A stretch of 64,000 nucleotides of DNA from Negaprion brevirostris (taxonomy: Eukaryota): the NCBI GenBank assembly GCA_030324005.1, contig JARDVH010000110.1, positions 9,166,776 through 9,230,775 of the forward strand. The letters run 5' to 3'. Positions 51,165 to 63,975 of the stretch are shown here, in pieces. Numbering within the stretch: the first letter of the stretch is position 1; each line of letters starts with the position of its first letter. The translations under genes were made by a program, and so were the position numbers. A model generated the notes under the pieces. The model saw only the letters and a list, made by a program, of their open reading frames with translations. It did no database searches and was not told the DNA's origin.

Positions 51165-51386
51165 GGTTTTACTTTTTTACTTCCTTTCTTTTAAGTTACA
51201 AAGCCAACGCTTAGACTGGACTGGGCGGACCCAAATCCATTCTTTGTTCCAAGGATCAAATTCCAATTGAATGCTATTCATGGTTCCTACAAGAGACAAA
51301 CCAGATCCAAGCTGAAAGATGAGGCATTGCGCCCAATCTTGGGCTTGATCTGATGCTTGATCTTAGCCAAAAGGCCGAGAAGCGAT
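51165..51386 (-). ncRNA. U2 snRNA-derived element (perfect nt 1-31, divergent body, A-rich tail)
   Basis: 51386-51356 reads ATCGCTTCTCGGCCTTTTGGCTAAGATCAAG, the U2 5' end. Downstream sequence aligns loosely with the rest of U2. Confidence 0.8.
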
Positions 51387-52494
51387 GGCCTTTCCAGATG
51401 TGAATTCAGAACTCCTAAGTCTTGGGCAAACTCTGCAGAGTTGGATACATGTGACACAAAATAGAGAATGAAATGGTTTGAAGATAGCTTGAGTGATGGA
51501 GGTGGCATCAGAGTCTAGTTGGAAATTAGAGGGAAAGGAAGATATGAATGAGTGGTGAAAGATCTAAATACCTTGAAGGAGAAACATTCTAGCTGCCAGG
51601 TACTGTTAGCAACTAGAGGCCTTCTCACAGAATTGGTGTATTTAAATAGGGTTGGTTTATAAGGCAGATGTTGTGAGGATACAATAGTGCACAGTGCCAG
51701 ACCTTTTCAGAATGAGTTGATAATCAGTTGATAAATAATTTGCTAAACTATTAACTGGGATTCATCTAATGAATCTTAGGGATTATACTGATGACAAAGA
51801 ATCATTAGTGAGTTGTTGACCAGGACTAGCAACATTGCTGAATATTTGTGTTCCTGGCAACTTTCTGATTGGATTACCAATTATACAATCGTTCCTTGGC
51901 TTTCACTTTCCTCTTCCTGTATGGATTCATGCTAAGGGCAGTGTAGGAGAGCAGGTCACATCACACCAATCTGATCAAGGCCCGACTGGTTATACAGACA
52001 ATCCTGAGAAATTATTTATCCAGGGTGTGACACATACTAATACAAGGTTATTTGGCTGTTAAATGCACCATACAGAATAACACTTACTGCAGAAAGGAAG
52101 AGGCCAGCTAACTGGCTGAAAGATCCTACACTGAACTAAGTCATACGGTCCCAAGGCAACGAGTTTGATTCCTGGGAAAATACCCTGTTAGTCTTGGTCA
52201 AGACTTTGATTAAAAAAACAAAATACTGCAGATGCTGGAAATCTGAAATGAAACAAAAATTGCTGGAAATACTTAACAGGTCTGGCAGCATCTGTGAGGA
52301 GCGTTAATGCTTTAAGTCTGTATGGCTCTTTTTCAGAGCCGTGTGATTAACCTCTGTGTCCTTAGGTACTGAAGGGGGAATTTCAGTCCAGGCATTTGGC
52401 TTTGTTGCAGTGTTTTGCTGCTAGAATCTGGCAGTGTAGCTGTGGAGGTTTTGCTCAGGCCATCTTCCCTGAGCTGAATCACAATTGTTACCAC

Positions 52495-55360
52495 ATAGGA
52501 GGAGGCACTTTGGCCCATTCTGTCTAAACCAGCTCTCTGAATGAATAATTCCCTCAGTGCCATTCTGCTGCGTTCCCTCTCTAACCCTGTAAATTCTTCC
52601 TTTTCAGTTAACAGCCTAGTTCCCTTCTGAATTCTTTGACTAAACCGGCCTCCACCACTCACTGAGTCATTGCATTCCAGACCCTAACCACTTGCTGTGT
52701 GAAAAATCCTTTTTTCATATTGCTTCTGCTTTTTCCAATTGCTTTAAATCTGTGCCCTCTCAATCTCTGTCCTTTCACAAGTGGGAGCTGTTACTCCCTA
52801 TCTGTTTTGTCCAGATCCCTCATGATTTTGAATACCTCTATCAAATCTTCTCAACCTTCTCTTCAGGAAAACAGTCCTAACTTTTCCAATCTATCTTCAC
52901 AACTGAAGTTTCTCATCCTTGGAACACTATCCCTTAAGAAATCAGTGCTGACTTTCCTTAATTAACCTGCATTTATTCATGTGATAACTAGTTTTGTTCT
53001 GAATTATAGTTTCTAGAAACTTCCTATCACTTGAGGTTAAATGGATTGACCTATAATTGGGCTTAGTTTTGCCCCCTTTTTTGAACAAAGGTGTAGCATT
53101 TGCAATTCCGCTGTCCTCTGGCACCATCCTCGAGCCGAAGGAAGGCTGAGAAATTGTCTAGTGCCTTCACAATTCCCACCCACTTTCCCCAGTATCTTTG
53201 GATGTATCTCATCTGGTCATGTAGATGGCTGATCCAATTATAAACCCGTCTAGTGCCTGAATTACGTCCTATTTCACCACAGTCTGGTTAATTCTTCCTT
53301 GATAGATATGGTGCAAATATTAACTTAATATCACAGCTATGCTTTCCTGCTTCTACCTTTCTTGGTTCCTAATTGGCCCTACTTCTCTGTACCATTCTTT
53401 TATGATTTATATGCAGAAGACTTTGGGATTCCCTTTTATGTTGGCTGTCAGTCTCTTTTTATACTTTTTACTTCTCATGTTTGCTTTCTCATCTTTTTAA
53501 ACTTCCTGCAATCAGCCTACTTCTAATTGTATTTTCTGCCTGACATCTGTCATAAGCACACTTTTTTCTTCTTCGTTTCTATCCTTTTTGTCAGCCAGGG
53601 ATTACTGGATTTGTTAGCCCTACCTTTTCCCTTTTGTTTGAATATACTTTGACTCTGCCCAAAGTATCTCCTTTTTGAACATGGGCCATTGTTTAACCGC
53701 TGTTTTTCCTGCTGACCTTTTGCTGCAATTTATTTGGCTTGATCTTTTCTTATCTTACTGAAGTTGACTTTCTCCTAGTTAATTATTCTTACTCTGGTTG
53801 TTCTTCGTTCTCTTCCATAGCCAACCTAATTCTTATTACAATGATCACTGTTTCCTAAATGTTCTCCTACTGTTGCCTGATTTACTTGGCCCTCCTCATT
53901 CCCAAGAACCAAGTTCAGAAGCGCGTCCTTTTTCATTGGACTGGACATACACTGCTATAGAAAATTTTCCTGAGCACACAGTCTGTCNNNNNNNNNNNNN
54001 NNNNNNNNNNNNNNNNNNNNNTGGCATAGTGATAAGCACTGCTGCCTGACAGCACTAGGGACACGGGTTTGATTCCCGGCTTGGGTCACTGTCTCTGTGA
54101 GTTTACACATTCTCCCCGTGTCTGCGTGGATTTCCTCCGGGTACTTTGGTTTGCTCCCACGGTTTGAAAGACATACTGGTTAGGTATGTTGACCTAAACT
54201 GGCGCTGGAGTGTACTGACTAGGGGAATTTCACAATAACTTCATTGCAGTGTTAATGTAAGCCTTACTTGTGACTAATAAATAACTTTATTTTTACTTTA
54301 CTATATTCCAGTAATTAAATTCCTCTAATTTCTTTGTAAGTCTGTTCCTCGTCCTTCTCACTAGCTGGTGGCCTATAGACTCTACCAAACGATGTAATAG
54401 GATTTTTTTTGTTCCTTATTCTAGCCAAATGGTCTTTTCCTGATTCCTTTAAGCCATTCTCTTTCTTCAGCACTATAATGTTTTCCTTAATCAATATCAA
54501 TATCACCATCCCTTCTTTACTTTCTCTTGCATTTGGAGATATTAAACACCTCTTCCTTGAACCAGGTCTGTGTTAGAGCCACATCATTTTCACATGACAA
54601 ACTGTGCCTGTAACTCCCCAATTTTATTTCACCACACTCTATGCATCCACATGTGCACAGCAACCCTGACTTCTCCTTCCAAAATAGAAAATGCTGGAAA
54701 ATCTAGCGTCTGCCAGACCTGCTAAAGGAGAGAAAAGAGTTGACATTTTGAGTCGAGATGACCCTTCGTCAGATTCCAGCATCTGCAGTAATTTGTTTTT
54801 ATACTGATTTCTTCTTTAATCCTTCTACTGTTTTTTATTTTAGTGTTTGCTATCTCTCTCAGAAACCTCTGCACCTTAGTATTCTGGTATTATTTCCTAG
54901 TTCCCATGCCCTGCCAAGTTAGTTTAAGCCTTCCCCAACAACACTAGTAAAATGCCCTGCAAACAACTCAGTCCTGGCACAAGTGTCAGTTGTCCAGCTG
55001 GTACAGATCCTATCTTCCCCCAATGCCCAATAATTTAAAGTCCTCCCTCCTGAACCATCTCTCTAGCCAGATGCTAATCTGTTTTATCCTCCATTTCTGC
55101 TCTCATGTATGGCAGTAGGGGTAGCCTGGAGATTACTACCTTTGAGGTCCTGTTTGCTAATATCTGACCTAGCTTCTTAGATTCAGACAGCAGGACTGCA
55201 TCCCTCATTAGACATATGTTGCTGGTACTGATGTGGACCAAGACAGCTGGCTGTTCACCATCTTTCTCCCTGCCCCCCCAACACTTTCCCTCACTGCAAT
55301 CACTCGGTGCCACCCTTGGCCTCTGATATCAGAGAGGTAAAACACTTCCCTGGATTCTGG
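52495..55360 (-). mobile_element. Long decayed CR1-like LINE including the ORF1 esterase region, with nested SINE and Penelope repeat
   Basis: ANATPLFKKGGK..NYR.I.LTS (RT region), GRVYRPP (endonuclease), EQPAVLVHISTSNI...KVVIS.LP (SGNH-esterase-like CR1 ORF1). Confidence 0.75.
54021..54295 (+). mobile_element. HE1-like V-SINE with the alternative tail
   Basis: tRNA head, V-domain ttctccccgtgtctgcgtggatttcctccgg, and tail gtgttaatgtaagccttacttgtgactaataaataac. Confidence 0.8.
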
Positions 55361-55444
55361 ATAATAGCAGTTTGCAAAAATTTCATCCAGGGGCCCAGTA
55401 ACATAAAGAATATATTCTCTTCTCTATACTAAGAAATGAATATG

Positions 55445-55710
55445 GAATCATAGAATCTTTATACTGCAGAAGGAGACCATTTGCCCCATCAGATCTGTAC
55501 TGACTCTCAAGTTGACATGAGCATCTAATCCGGCCCCATCCCCCACCCCGTTGCTGTAACCCAATGTATTTACCCCAATAATCCCCCTAACCTATACATT
55601 TTGGGACACTTAAGGTGCAATTTATCCTGGCCAAATCTGCTAACCTGCACATCTTTGGACTGTGGGACCAGAGCACTTGGAGAAACCCACGGGGACACGG
55701 GGAGAACGTT
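55445..55710 (-). mobile_element. HE1-like V-SINE body; its head probably lies at 57335-57422
   Basis: cacatctttggactgtggga...gaaacccacggggacacggggagaacgt. Head gctgtgagacagcagtgctaacca at ~57385. Confidence 0.7.
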
Positions 55711-55892
55711 TTGACTTGATTTATTATTGTCGCATATATTAACATACAGTGAAAAGTATTGTTTCTTGCACACTAAACAGATAAAACATACCNNNNNNNN
55801 NNNNNNNNNNNNNNNNNNNNNNNNNNNNNNNNNNNNNNNNNNNNNNNNNNNNNNNNNNNNNNNNNNNNNNNNNNNNNNNNNNNNNNNNNNNN

Positions 55893-56100
55893 TAGGTTCT
55901 TTACTCAGAGAGTAGTAAGAGCATGGGATGCCCTGCCTGCAACAATAGTGGATTCACCAACATTAAGGGCATTTAAATGGTCATTGGATAAACATATGGA
56001 TGATAATGGAATAGTGTAGGTTAGATGGGCTTTAGATTTGTTTCACAGGTCGGCACAACATCGAGGGTCGAAGGGCCTGTACTGTGCTGTAATGTTCTAT
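55893..56100 (+). mobile_element. CR1-like LINE 3' end
   Basis: aggttctttactcagagagtagtaagagcatgggatgccctgcc (RFFTQRVVRAW.ALP). Confidence 0.75.
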
Positions 56101-56692
56101 GTACTTGAAATGCAAAGAGTGTGCAAAATGTAACCTCAGCAATGTGCAGTCTCAGTCGTTCTGACAGATTTTAACCACCTTGTTGCAAACCGCTAGGACA
56201 AATCAAGTATACTGAGTATCTTTCAAAATCTTAACATGCAATCTTAGCTATGGAGGTGCTCTAATACGCATTATTTATTTCCTAATCCTTCCAGTTTAAA
56301 CAAAGTTGGGTCATATTAATGGCCTGTTTTGTGTTAACAGCAGCTGGTTAGGTGTATTGGCCATTCTAAATTTTCCCTCCGTGTACCCAAACAGGTGCCA
56401 GAGTGTGGAGACTAGGGGATTTTGCAATGTGAATGTAATCCTACTTGTGACATTAATAACTAAACTTTAAACTGAAATGTGGATGTGAATCATCTCATTG
56501 CATGAATGGGGCTCGGTAATTATGGACAGAATTCTCTAGCCGCGCTGGTCTAGAAGCCAAAGTTTCTCACCTGACTGTCAATGGGGGTTTCACATTCTCT
56601 GCAACATGCCCACTAAAATTCCACTGGCGGGCAGTATGGGACAATTGTGGCCAATGACGAGAAACATCCTGCCGATTTATCCAGAATGTGGT

Positions 56693-57330
56693 TTGATTTG
56701 ATCTATTTTTGTCACGTATTAACTTACAGTGAAAAGTATTGTTTCTTGTGCACTATTCAGACAAAGCATACTGTTCACAGAGAAGGAAAGGAGAGAGTGC
56801 AGAATGTAGTGCAACAGTCATAGATAGGGTGTAGAGAAAGACCAACTTAATGTGAGTTACTTCCATTCAGAAGTCTGATGCAGCAGAGAAGAAGCTGTTC
56901 TTGTGTCAGTTGGTACATGACTTCAGATTTTTGTATCTTTTCCCAACAGAAGAAGGTGGAAGAGAGAATGTCCGGGATGCATGGTGTCCTTAATTATGCT
57001 GGCTGCTTTGCCGAGACAGTGGCAAGTGTGGACAGAGTCAATGTATGGGAGGCTGGTTTGCGTGATGGATTGGATTATATTCATGACCTTTTGTAGTTTC
57101 TTGCAGTCTTGGACAGAGTAGGAGCATACCAAGCTGTGATAAACCAGAAAGAATGCTTTCTATGGTGCATCTGTAAAAGTTAGTGAGGGTTGCAGCTGAC
57201 ATGCCAAATTTCCTTAGTCTGAGGAAGTAGAGGTGTTGACGTGCTTTCTTAACTATAGTGTTAGCATGGGGGGAGCCAGGACAGGTTGTTGATCATCTGG
57301 ACATCTAAAAACTTGAAGCTGTCAACCCTT
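56693..57330 (-). mobile_element. Rex1/Babar-like LINE 3' portion
   Basis: QDCKKLQKV.N..QSITQTSLP.IDSV..CHCLGKAASIIKD.MHPGHSLF.LL. Same 3' UTR as the copy starting at 41308. Confidence 0.8.
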
Positions 57331-60300
57331 TCTTGTAAACTTGCGCAGTTATCCAAAGCTGGAATTGAACCTGTGTCCCTGATGCTGTGAGACAGCAGTG
57401 CTAACCAGTGTGTCACTGTGACGTCCAATTTTTCATATATCTATTTAAAAAAGGAATAAAAAGGAGAAGCCCACTCCCTAACCATCAAAGAAATCTTTAG
57501 TTGTAAACATGGTCCATTTGACTGTAACACATTAATAAGGGCTGGTTTGGTAGTGTTGGCTGGACAGCTGTATCGTGATGCAGAATGATGCTAACTCTGC
57601 AGGTTCAATTGCTGTACCAGTTGAAGGCCCTGACTTCTCAACGTTGCCCTGGTGATCCTCGGGTTAAATCACCACCAGTCGGCTCTCCCCCTCTAAGAGG
57701 AGAGCAGCCATGGTCAGCTGGGACTGTGGCAACTTTACCTTTAATACATTAATGATTTTTGTACTCGGATGTTTGATTATAGAGTTCTGTGTTTGAAACG
57801 AGCATTTATTCTGCAGCACAGAGGCTGCTCAAACTCTTCATAAAAATAAATGAAGATACCTAAAACTAAAATAATGTACTAAATGCCCTTGAGTTGGACA
57901 ATGCTTAGGAAATAACAGAGATGTTAGCTGCTGGTCTCGAACATAGGTTACCCCAACATACACATTCTTATTACAGCTGAGTACCCTATCAGACATCGGC
58001 CATCTCTTCAGCCCTGAGGATTTTGTTTTTTTTACTGCTATGTTAACTTAGCTTTTTTTTCTCCCCTTCGATTTGCAGTTTAAGGCAGACAGCCATCACT
58101 GTGGCAAAGCTCAATATCAATGCTAATCTTTGACTTTAGCTTTCCAGTGGATTGCAGTAAGTAATGATTTATATTTGTGCTGAAGGGAGATGGGAAGTTA
58201 TTTTTCTCCTTCTTGTTGCAATAGGAATAACTAACAGTACCAAGAGCAGAGTAACAGCCAGGAAGCGGTCTGATTGCTCAGATGTGTGCTGAGTTGTGCC
58301 TAGCAGAGCCCAATATGTTACAGCCATGATGGGAAAATATATTGAACTGCTTGCTGCTTCTAACAGGGGTCGTTATTGTGATAGATGCTAGATGTAGAAA
58401 GAAATCTCCCTCCTTTTCATCGCTTATTGGGTTTCATTGTAACTGAAATCTCCAGGGTACAAAGCTCAATGATTAATTTGTTAATCGACTGAAAAGATGA
58501 CAAAGATGACTAGAAGCTTTTTTGCTTGTAAATTCAACCAGTTTAGCATTGAAATTTGTTCAGTGACAGTTTGTCTGGCAGCCCACCTGCCCATTGGACT
58601 CACTCGCTCTATTTTATTCATCTCCAACTCCCACTTCCCACCTCTCACCTGTCTTTCCCTCCGTCTCTTTCCCCTTCCCACTCACCTCCCTGCCCTTGTC
58701 TTCCTCCCTCTCGTTGGGGGGCCCCCCCCCCCCCCCGCCTTCGTTTTGTCTTATTACTTGACCATTGATTTTTTTTTGAGGGTAGATTTATTTTAGTAGA
58801 ATACAAAATTGTAAACTAAAAACACAATTCCAAGGTAGTACCCCTAACTGACCAGACAGAGGGAGTGTGTGTATCAGTTCAAAGGTTAATTGATGAGCTA
58901 TCTGAAGGAGATCCCACGGGTTTCAGCTCTTCACTTGATTCTCATATTGTAAACTTGTGGCTCTGTAGCTTGCACCTTCGGCTCTGTTCAAGTCCCACTC
59001 CCCAGATAAAAGCAAATTACTGTGGGTGCTCGAGTCTGAAACCAAAAGAGAAAACCCTGGAAAATCTCAGCTGGTCTGGCAGCATCTGTAAGAAGAGAAA
59101 AGACCTGATGTTTCTCATCTAGATGACCCTTTGTCAAAGCTAAAAGACATAGAAAGTGGGAGATGCCCTTTAGGGAAGGAAATCTGCTGTCCTTACCTGG
59201 TCCATCTTTACATGTGACTCCAGAGTCACAGCAATGCGATTGACTTCTAATTGCCCGCTGAAGTAGCCCAGCAAACCACTTGGTTCAAGGATAATTAGGG
59301 ATGGACAATAAATGCTGGTCTAGCCAGTGACGTCCACCTGACCTGTTCCATTGCTCTACTTTTCCCAGAGCCTTAAAGTATCCTGAGAATATGGGTGGGG
59401 GCTGCGCAAGCCAGGCTGGGCCTGAGTTACAGCTGCTGGCTAGTGTAACCTGGTGGAGGACAGCGGGCCAAAGTTTATTCCTAGGTATGGCAGTTCTGAA
59501 CTCTTAGCTAATAGCACCTGGTGGAGACTACCTGTGTCTTTTAAAGACTATGTAATTACGATCAGGAAAGAGCAGAGTGCAGAATTGCAAGCCCAAACAA
59601 ACACCTTGGGCAACCTATGACTGTACAATCCTTATTTTGGATTGAATGTTTCTGATTGGATAAGATGTTAAACTTGTAGAATGGATAAGTGATTAGAAAA
59701 TGAAATGTAATATTAAAATTGGGATGGAAGCATTTTGGTAGGAAGAATAAGGCAGGGGGGAGTCACTCCTTGAAAATGAGTATCCAAGTTGAATGGAGGA
59801 GTTAAGGAATCAGAGGATGCAGATAATTAAATTATAATTAGTGGCTCAGGTTAATGCAATAAAACAGGTTTTGCCTCAGCAAAGACTAAACAGGCTTTTT
59901 TCTCAGAGTGATAAAAGTCTTTTAAGATTATGAAAGTGTTTGGTAGAGTAAATGATTCAATAATTCCTGCACACACATCTCACATGCACACACATCTCAG
60001 TCACCTCAGCATGAACAATGTGGCCACGTGAGGGATGGGTTTTGTCAGCTTTATACCATGGTAGGGCTGTCATTTAGTTGTAATGAGTTCAGTTATTGCT
60101 TGAGATGTTAAATTGTTTTCTAGAAATGGAATCATTTGAGAAGGGAATGGAAGTGAGAAGGGAATGTCCATATAAAAAAACTTATCAATTGGTCATGTGT
60201 CAGATGTTGAAAACTTGACCTGTGGTGGGTTGAAAAGAAAGAAAGAGTTGCATTTACCTAGTACTTTTCCAATCACACGACAAACTTTCTACCACCAATG

Positions 60301-60414
60301 ACATGCTTTCTAAAATCTAGTCACTGGCAATGTAAAAAATGTAGCAGCCAGTTTACAGTGAGCAAATTCCTAGAAACAGGATTTGATAATGAGTGGATAA
60401 TTTAAAAAAATTAA

Positions 60415-60873
60415 TTTACGGGGTGTGAACGTCACTGGCAAGGCCAGCATTTATTACCCATCTCTAGTTGTCCTTGGGAAGGTGGTGGTGAGTTGCTGCC
60501 TTGAGCCGCTGCAGTCCATGAGGTGTGTAGGTGCACTCAGGGCCATTAGGGAGAGAATTCCAGTATTTTGACCCAGCAACAGTGAAGGTATGACAATATA
60601 TTTCCAGGTCAGGATGATGTATGGCTTAGAAGGGAACCCCCAGGTGGTGGTGATCCAGGCATCTGTCACTCTTGTCCTTCCAGATGATAGTAGTCATTGG
60701 TTTGGTAGGTGCTGCCCCTAAGGAATCTTGGTGAGTTCCTGCAGTGCATCTATAGATTGTACACAGAGCTACTACTGTTTATTGGTGGACATATACTGCT
60801 TCAATATCTGATGAGCCGGGAATGGCATGAACATTGTGCAATCATCAGTGAACATCCCCACTTCTGATTTTAT
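60415..60873 (-). mobile_element. CR1/L2-group LINE 3' fragment
   Basis: Same 3' sequence as 370-720. IKSEVGMFTDDCTMF lies next to the gap. Confidence 0.7.
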
Positions 60874-61364
60874 NNNNNNNNNNNNNNNNNNNNNNNNNNN
60901 NNNNNNNNNNNNNNNNNNNNNNNNNNNNNNNNNNNNNNNNNNNNNNNNNNNNNNNNNNNNNNNNNNNNNNNNNNNNNNNNNNNNNNNNNNNNNNNNNNNN
61001 NNNNNNNNNNNNNNNNNNNNNNNNNNNNNNNNNNNNNNNNNNNNNNNNNNNNNNNNNNNNNNNNNNNNNNNNNNNNNNNNNNNNNNNNNNNNNNNNNNNN
61101 NNNNNNNNNNNNNNNNNNNNNNNNNNNNNNNNNNNNNNNNNNNNNNNNNNNNNNNNNNNNNNNNNNNNNNNNNNNNNNNNNNNNNNNNNNNNNNNNNNNN
61201 NNNNNNNNNNNNNNNNNNNNNNNNNNNNNNNNNNNNNNNNNNNNNNNNNNNNNNNNNNNNNNNNNNNNNNNNNNNNNNNNNNNNNNNNNNNNNNNNNNNN
61301 NNNNNNNNNNNNNNNNNNNNNNNNNNNNNNNNNNNNNNNNNNNNNNNNNNNNNNNNNAAATAGA

Positions 61365-61655
61365 AGGACGACACAGTGGTGCAGTGATTAACACTGCTGC
61401 CTCACAATGCCTGGGACCTAGGTTTGATTACAGCTTTGGGTGACTGGAGTTTGCACATTCTCTCTGGATCTGTGTGGATTTGCGTTGGTTGCTCTGGCTT
61501 CCTCCAAAGATGTGCGCATTAGGGGGATTAGCTGGGTAAATGTGTATGGTTACAGGGATAGGGCAGGGTTAGGCCTGGGTAGATGAACTGTTGGAGAGTT
61601 GGCACAGATTTGATGGGCCAAATGGCTTCCTTATACACTGAAGGGATTCTGTGAT
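61365..61655 (+). mobile_element. HE1-like V-SINE
   Basis: Head cacagtggtgcagtgattaacactgctgcctcaca, V-domain ggagtttgcacattctc, and a CR1-type tail. Confidence 0.75.
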
Positions 61656-62168
61656 GCTGTGTGACAACTAGGGGTGGTGGTCAGAATTGTAGTTTGAGTG
61701 CTCTGGTTCCAGGTTCCGGTTGGATTTTGTAGCTCTCTGGATAGTGAAAACTGTGTTAATAATATAGTGCAACACATTGATTGTATGTTTTGTCCTATAG
61801 TGGAATGGGAGGGTGGAGGGGGGAAGACACCTTCTTACCCTAATCCCCCATTAGTACTGTGGACAGTGATGGGCCACAGGTTGTTTCCACTGAGTCAGTT
61901 TTCTAAAGCCTGTAATCTTGTGGATCTTATTCGATAAGTTACCACCAACTTCCTATTAGCAAGCTTCACAACATACATTTCTAGAACTTAGTTTCTGCAC
62001 AAAATTCAAAACCCCCATCAGTCTTTCTTGAGATGGAAAGAGGTTTGTACAGACGGGTTTAGATTTGGAATTATCTGTCCTTTGTGGAATACAAATGCCC
62101 CTGAAGCATTTAATAATGTTTCCCTGCACAATTCCCAACTGTTGATACATCTGCTTCTTGCATTGCAG

Positions 62169-62231
62169 AATACATCTGGTATGGAGGATCAGAATGAAGA
62201 CGAGTCTCCCAAGAAGAATACAGTATGGCAG
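62169..62231 (+). CDS. FBXW11: FBXW11 coding exon (exon 3 equivalent), 63 nt, phase 0/0
   Basis: Translates NTSGMEDQNEDESPKKNTVWQ, against mammalian FBXW11 NTSVMEDQNEDESPKKNTLWQ (recalled). ttgcag| acceptor and |gtaaga donor. Confidence 0.95.
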
Positions 62232-63625
62232 GTAAGAGTTGAGTGCAGGGAACTCTGAGTACTATGGATGTAGGTAACATCAAGTAGACCTGCGACCTCG
62301 CTCTTTCATGAGCATTTTCATTGTAGCTGGTGGGAAATTGTCAGGACTCTCCATATCTACAGATCAGTGTCATTATAAAGTTCATTTAGCCTCATAAATG
62401 GTCATCGACCTAGAATGTTAACTCTGTTACGCTTCCCACAGATGCTGCCTGACTGGTTGAGTACTTCCAGCAATCTCTTTCTTTTAGGCTCATGTAGTGT
62501 TTGGGTGAGGTGTTGTCCAGCATCTAAACATACTGAATTAAGAATCAGCAAGGGTTCTGTCAATATACTCTTAATCTCAATTGCTCCCACTACCGTGATA
62601 TATCAATGCCTTGACTACTTCACCTTTAAGTTATACAATTTCAAGTGCTTCTCCAGATGGGACATAATCTATAATTCTATTCTTGATGTTGACTCTTCAC
62701 ATAGCAACCAATACTGAAATCCAACTCATCTGCAAGCTGGCAGAGTTCACTCTCTCAACTTCACCTGTAGTTGAAGCTGTGTAAAACCATCCCAGAAAAC
62801 TCCAGACAAAAATAACCTGGACACAATGAGAGAAGAGTTGACTTTGGTAAATGCATGGTCAAAGATCAGATTTTTGAAGGAGGGGAATTGAAGAATGGTA
62901 CTGCACCGTGTGAGGCCAAGACAGCTGAAGGAAGAGCAGAGATGGCAGGAATGAAGGAAGTTGGGGAGTCAGATGCCATGGGAGACCTTGCAGATGAAGA
63001 ATGAAGATTCTGAAGTTGAAATGTGTCCAAGAACGTAAGCTGCAAGATGGGGCTGTGTGTCTCATGGGCTGTCGAAAGCTGAAAATATTACCGGGCTGCC
63101 ACTTCTCTCCCAGCACTTAGCCAAAATCTAATGGAGAAAATCTGAGGACCTGGTTGTATATGAAAAGAGTCCAGAGTCCTATTGAAGTAGAGAATAGCCT
63201 GAGGCCTCGTCCTGTTGCTTCACAATTTGTCTGGTTGTTTCCTAACTCAGGGTAAAGACCAGGCTGGGGATCAGGGTCCAAAGCCAATTGCATATGGGTG
63301 GCAGCACACTAAACTAGCCCTTTTACTCTTTACATTTTACCATGTTAGATTTTGATCGAGTCCTTAACTNNNNNNNNNNNNNNNNNNNNNNNNNNNNNNN
63401 NNNNNNNNNNNNNNNNNNGAGTGAAGCTAATGTTTTTGCTGCTTGAGAGATCACTGGTGCTGCCTGGAATCATCTTCCTTTTGTTTGTGTTATGTATTCA
63501 ATATCAATGTCAGACATTTGGTCTTGGTTATTTAAGCACAGTTATGTCGTTAGGCTGAAGCACTGTGTAGCTTCAGTTCAATCATGTAAAGTGTTCAAAA
63601 CATTATGGACTTTGATCATTTAAAT

Positions 63626-63975
63626 CAGGCGTGTCCAAACTTTTCACATGCGGTGTGAGGGTAGATTTCAATTTTATCTCTAAGCGAGTGGGGTGAGAAT
63701 GAGCAAATTTCGGAAAGACGAGGTTTGACCAAACAAATCTTTTTTTCTCAAAAAAGAGCTGACAAATGGAAAACCAACTTGCTGAACAAAAAAGTCACTG
63801 ACAAAGTCAATTAACAATTTAAAAAAAAAAGAATAAATAAAGATGACCATTAGAGTGTGAAAAGGTGAGTGTCAAAATTAGTTGCAGTCTCAAGGTGTCA
63901 CCCTCACCTGGGACTGAGCCAAACAAACACTCCCTTACTATCACCCGTCTGTTTCACTCATAAGCACACACAACT
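63626..63975 (+). mobile_element. Possible hAT-Charlie-type DNA transposon left end
   Basis: Starts CAGGCGTGTCCAAACTTTT, preceded by atttaaat (Charlie-like 8-bp target with central TA). The other end is not in the window. Confidence 0.45.
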
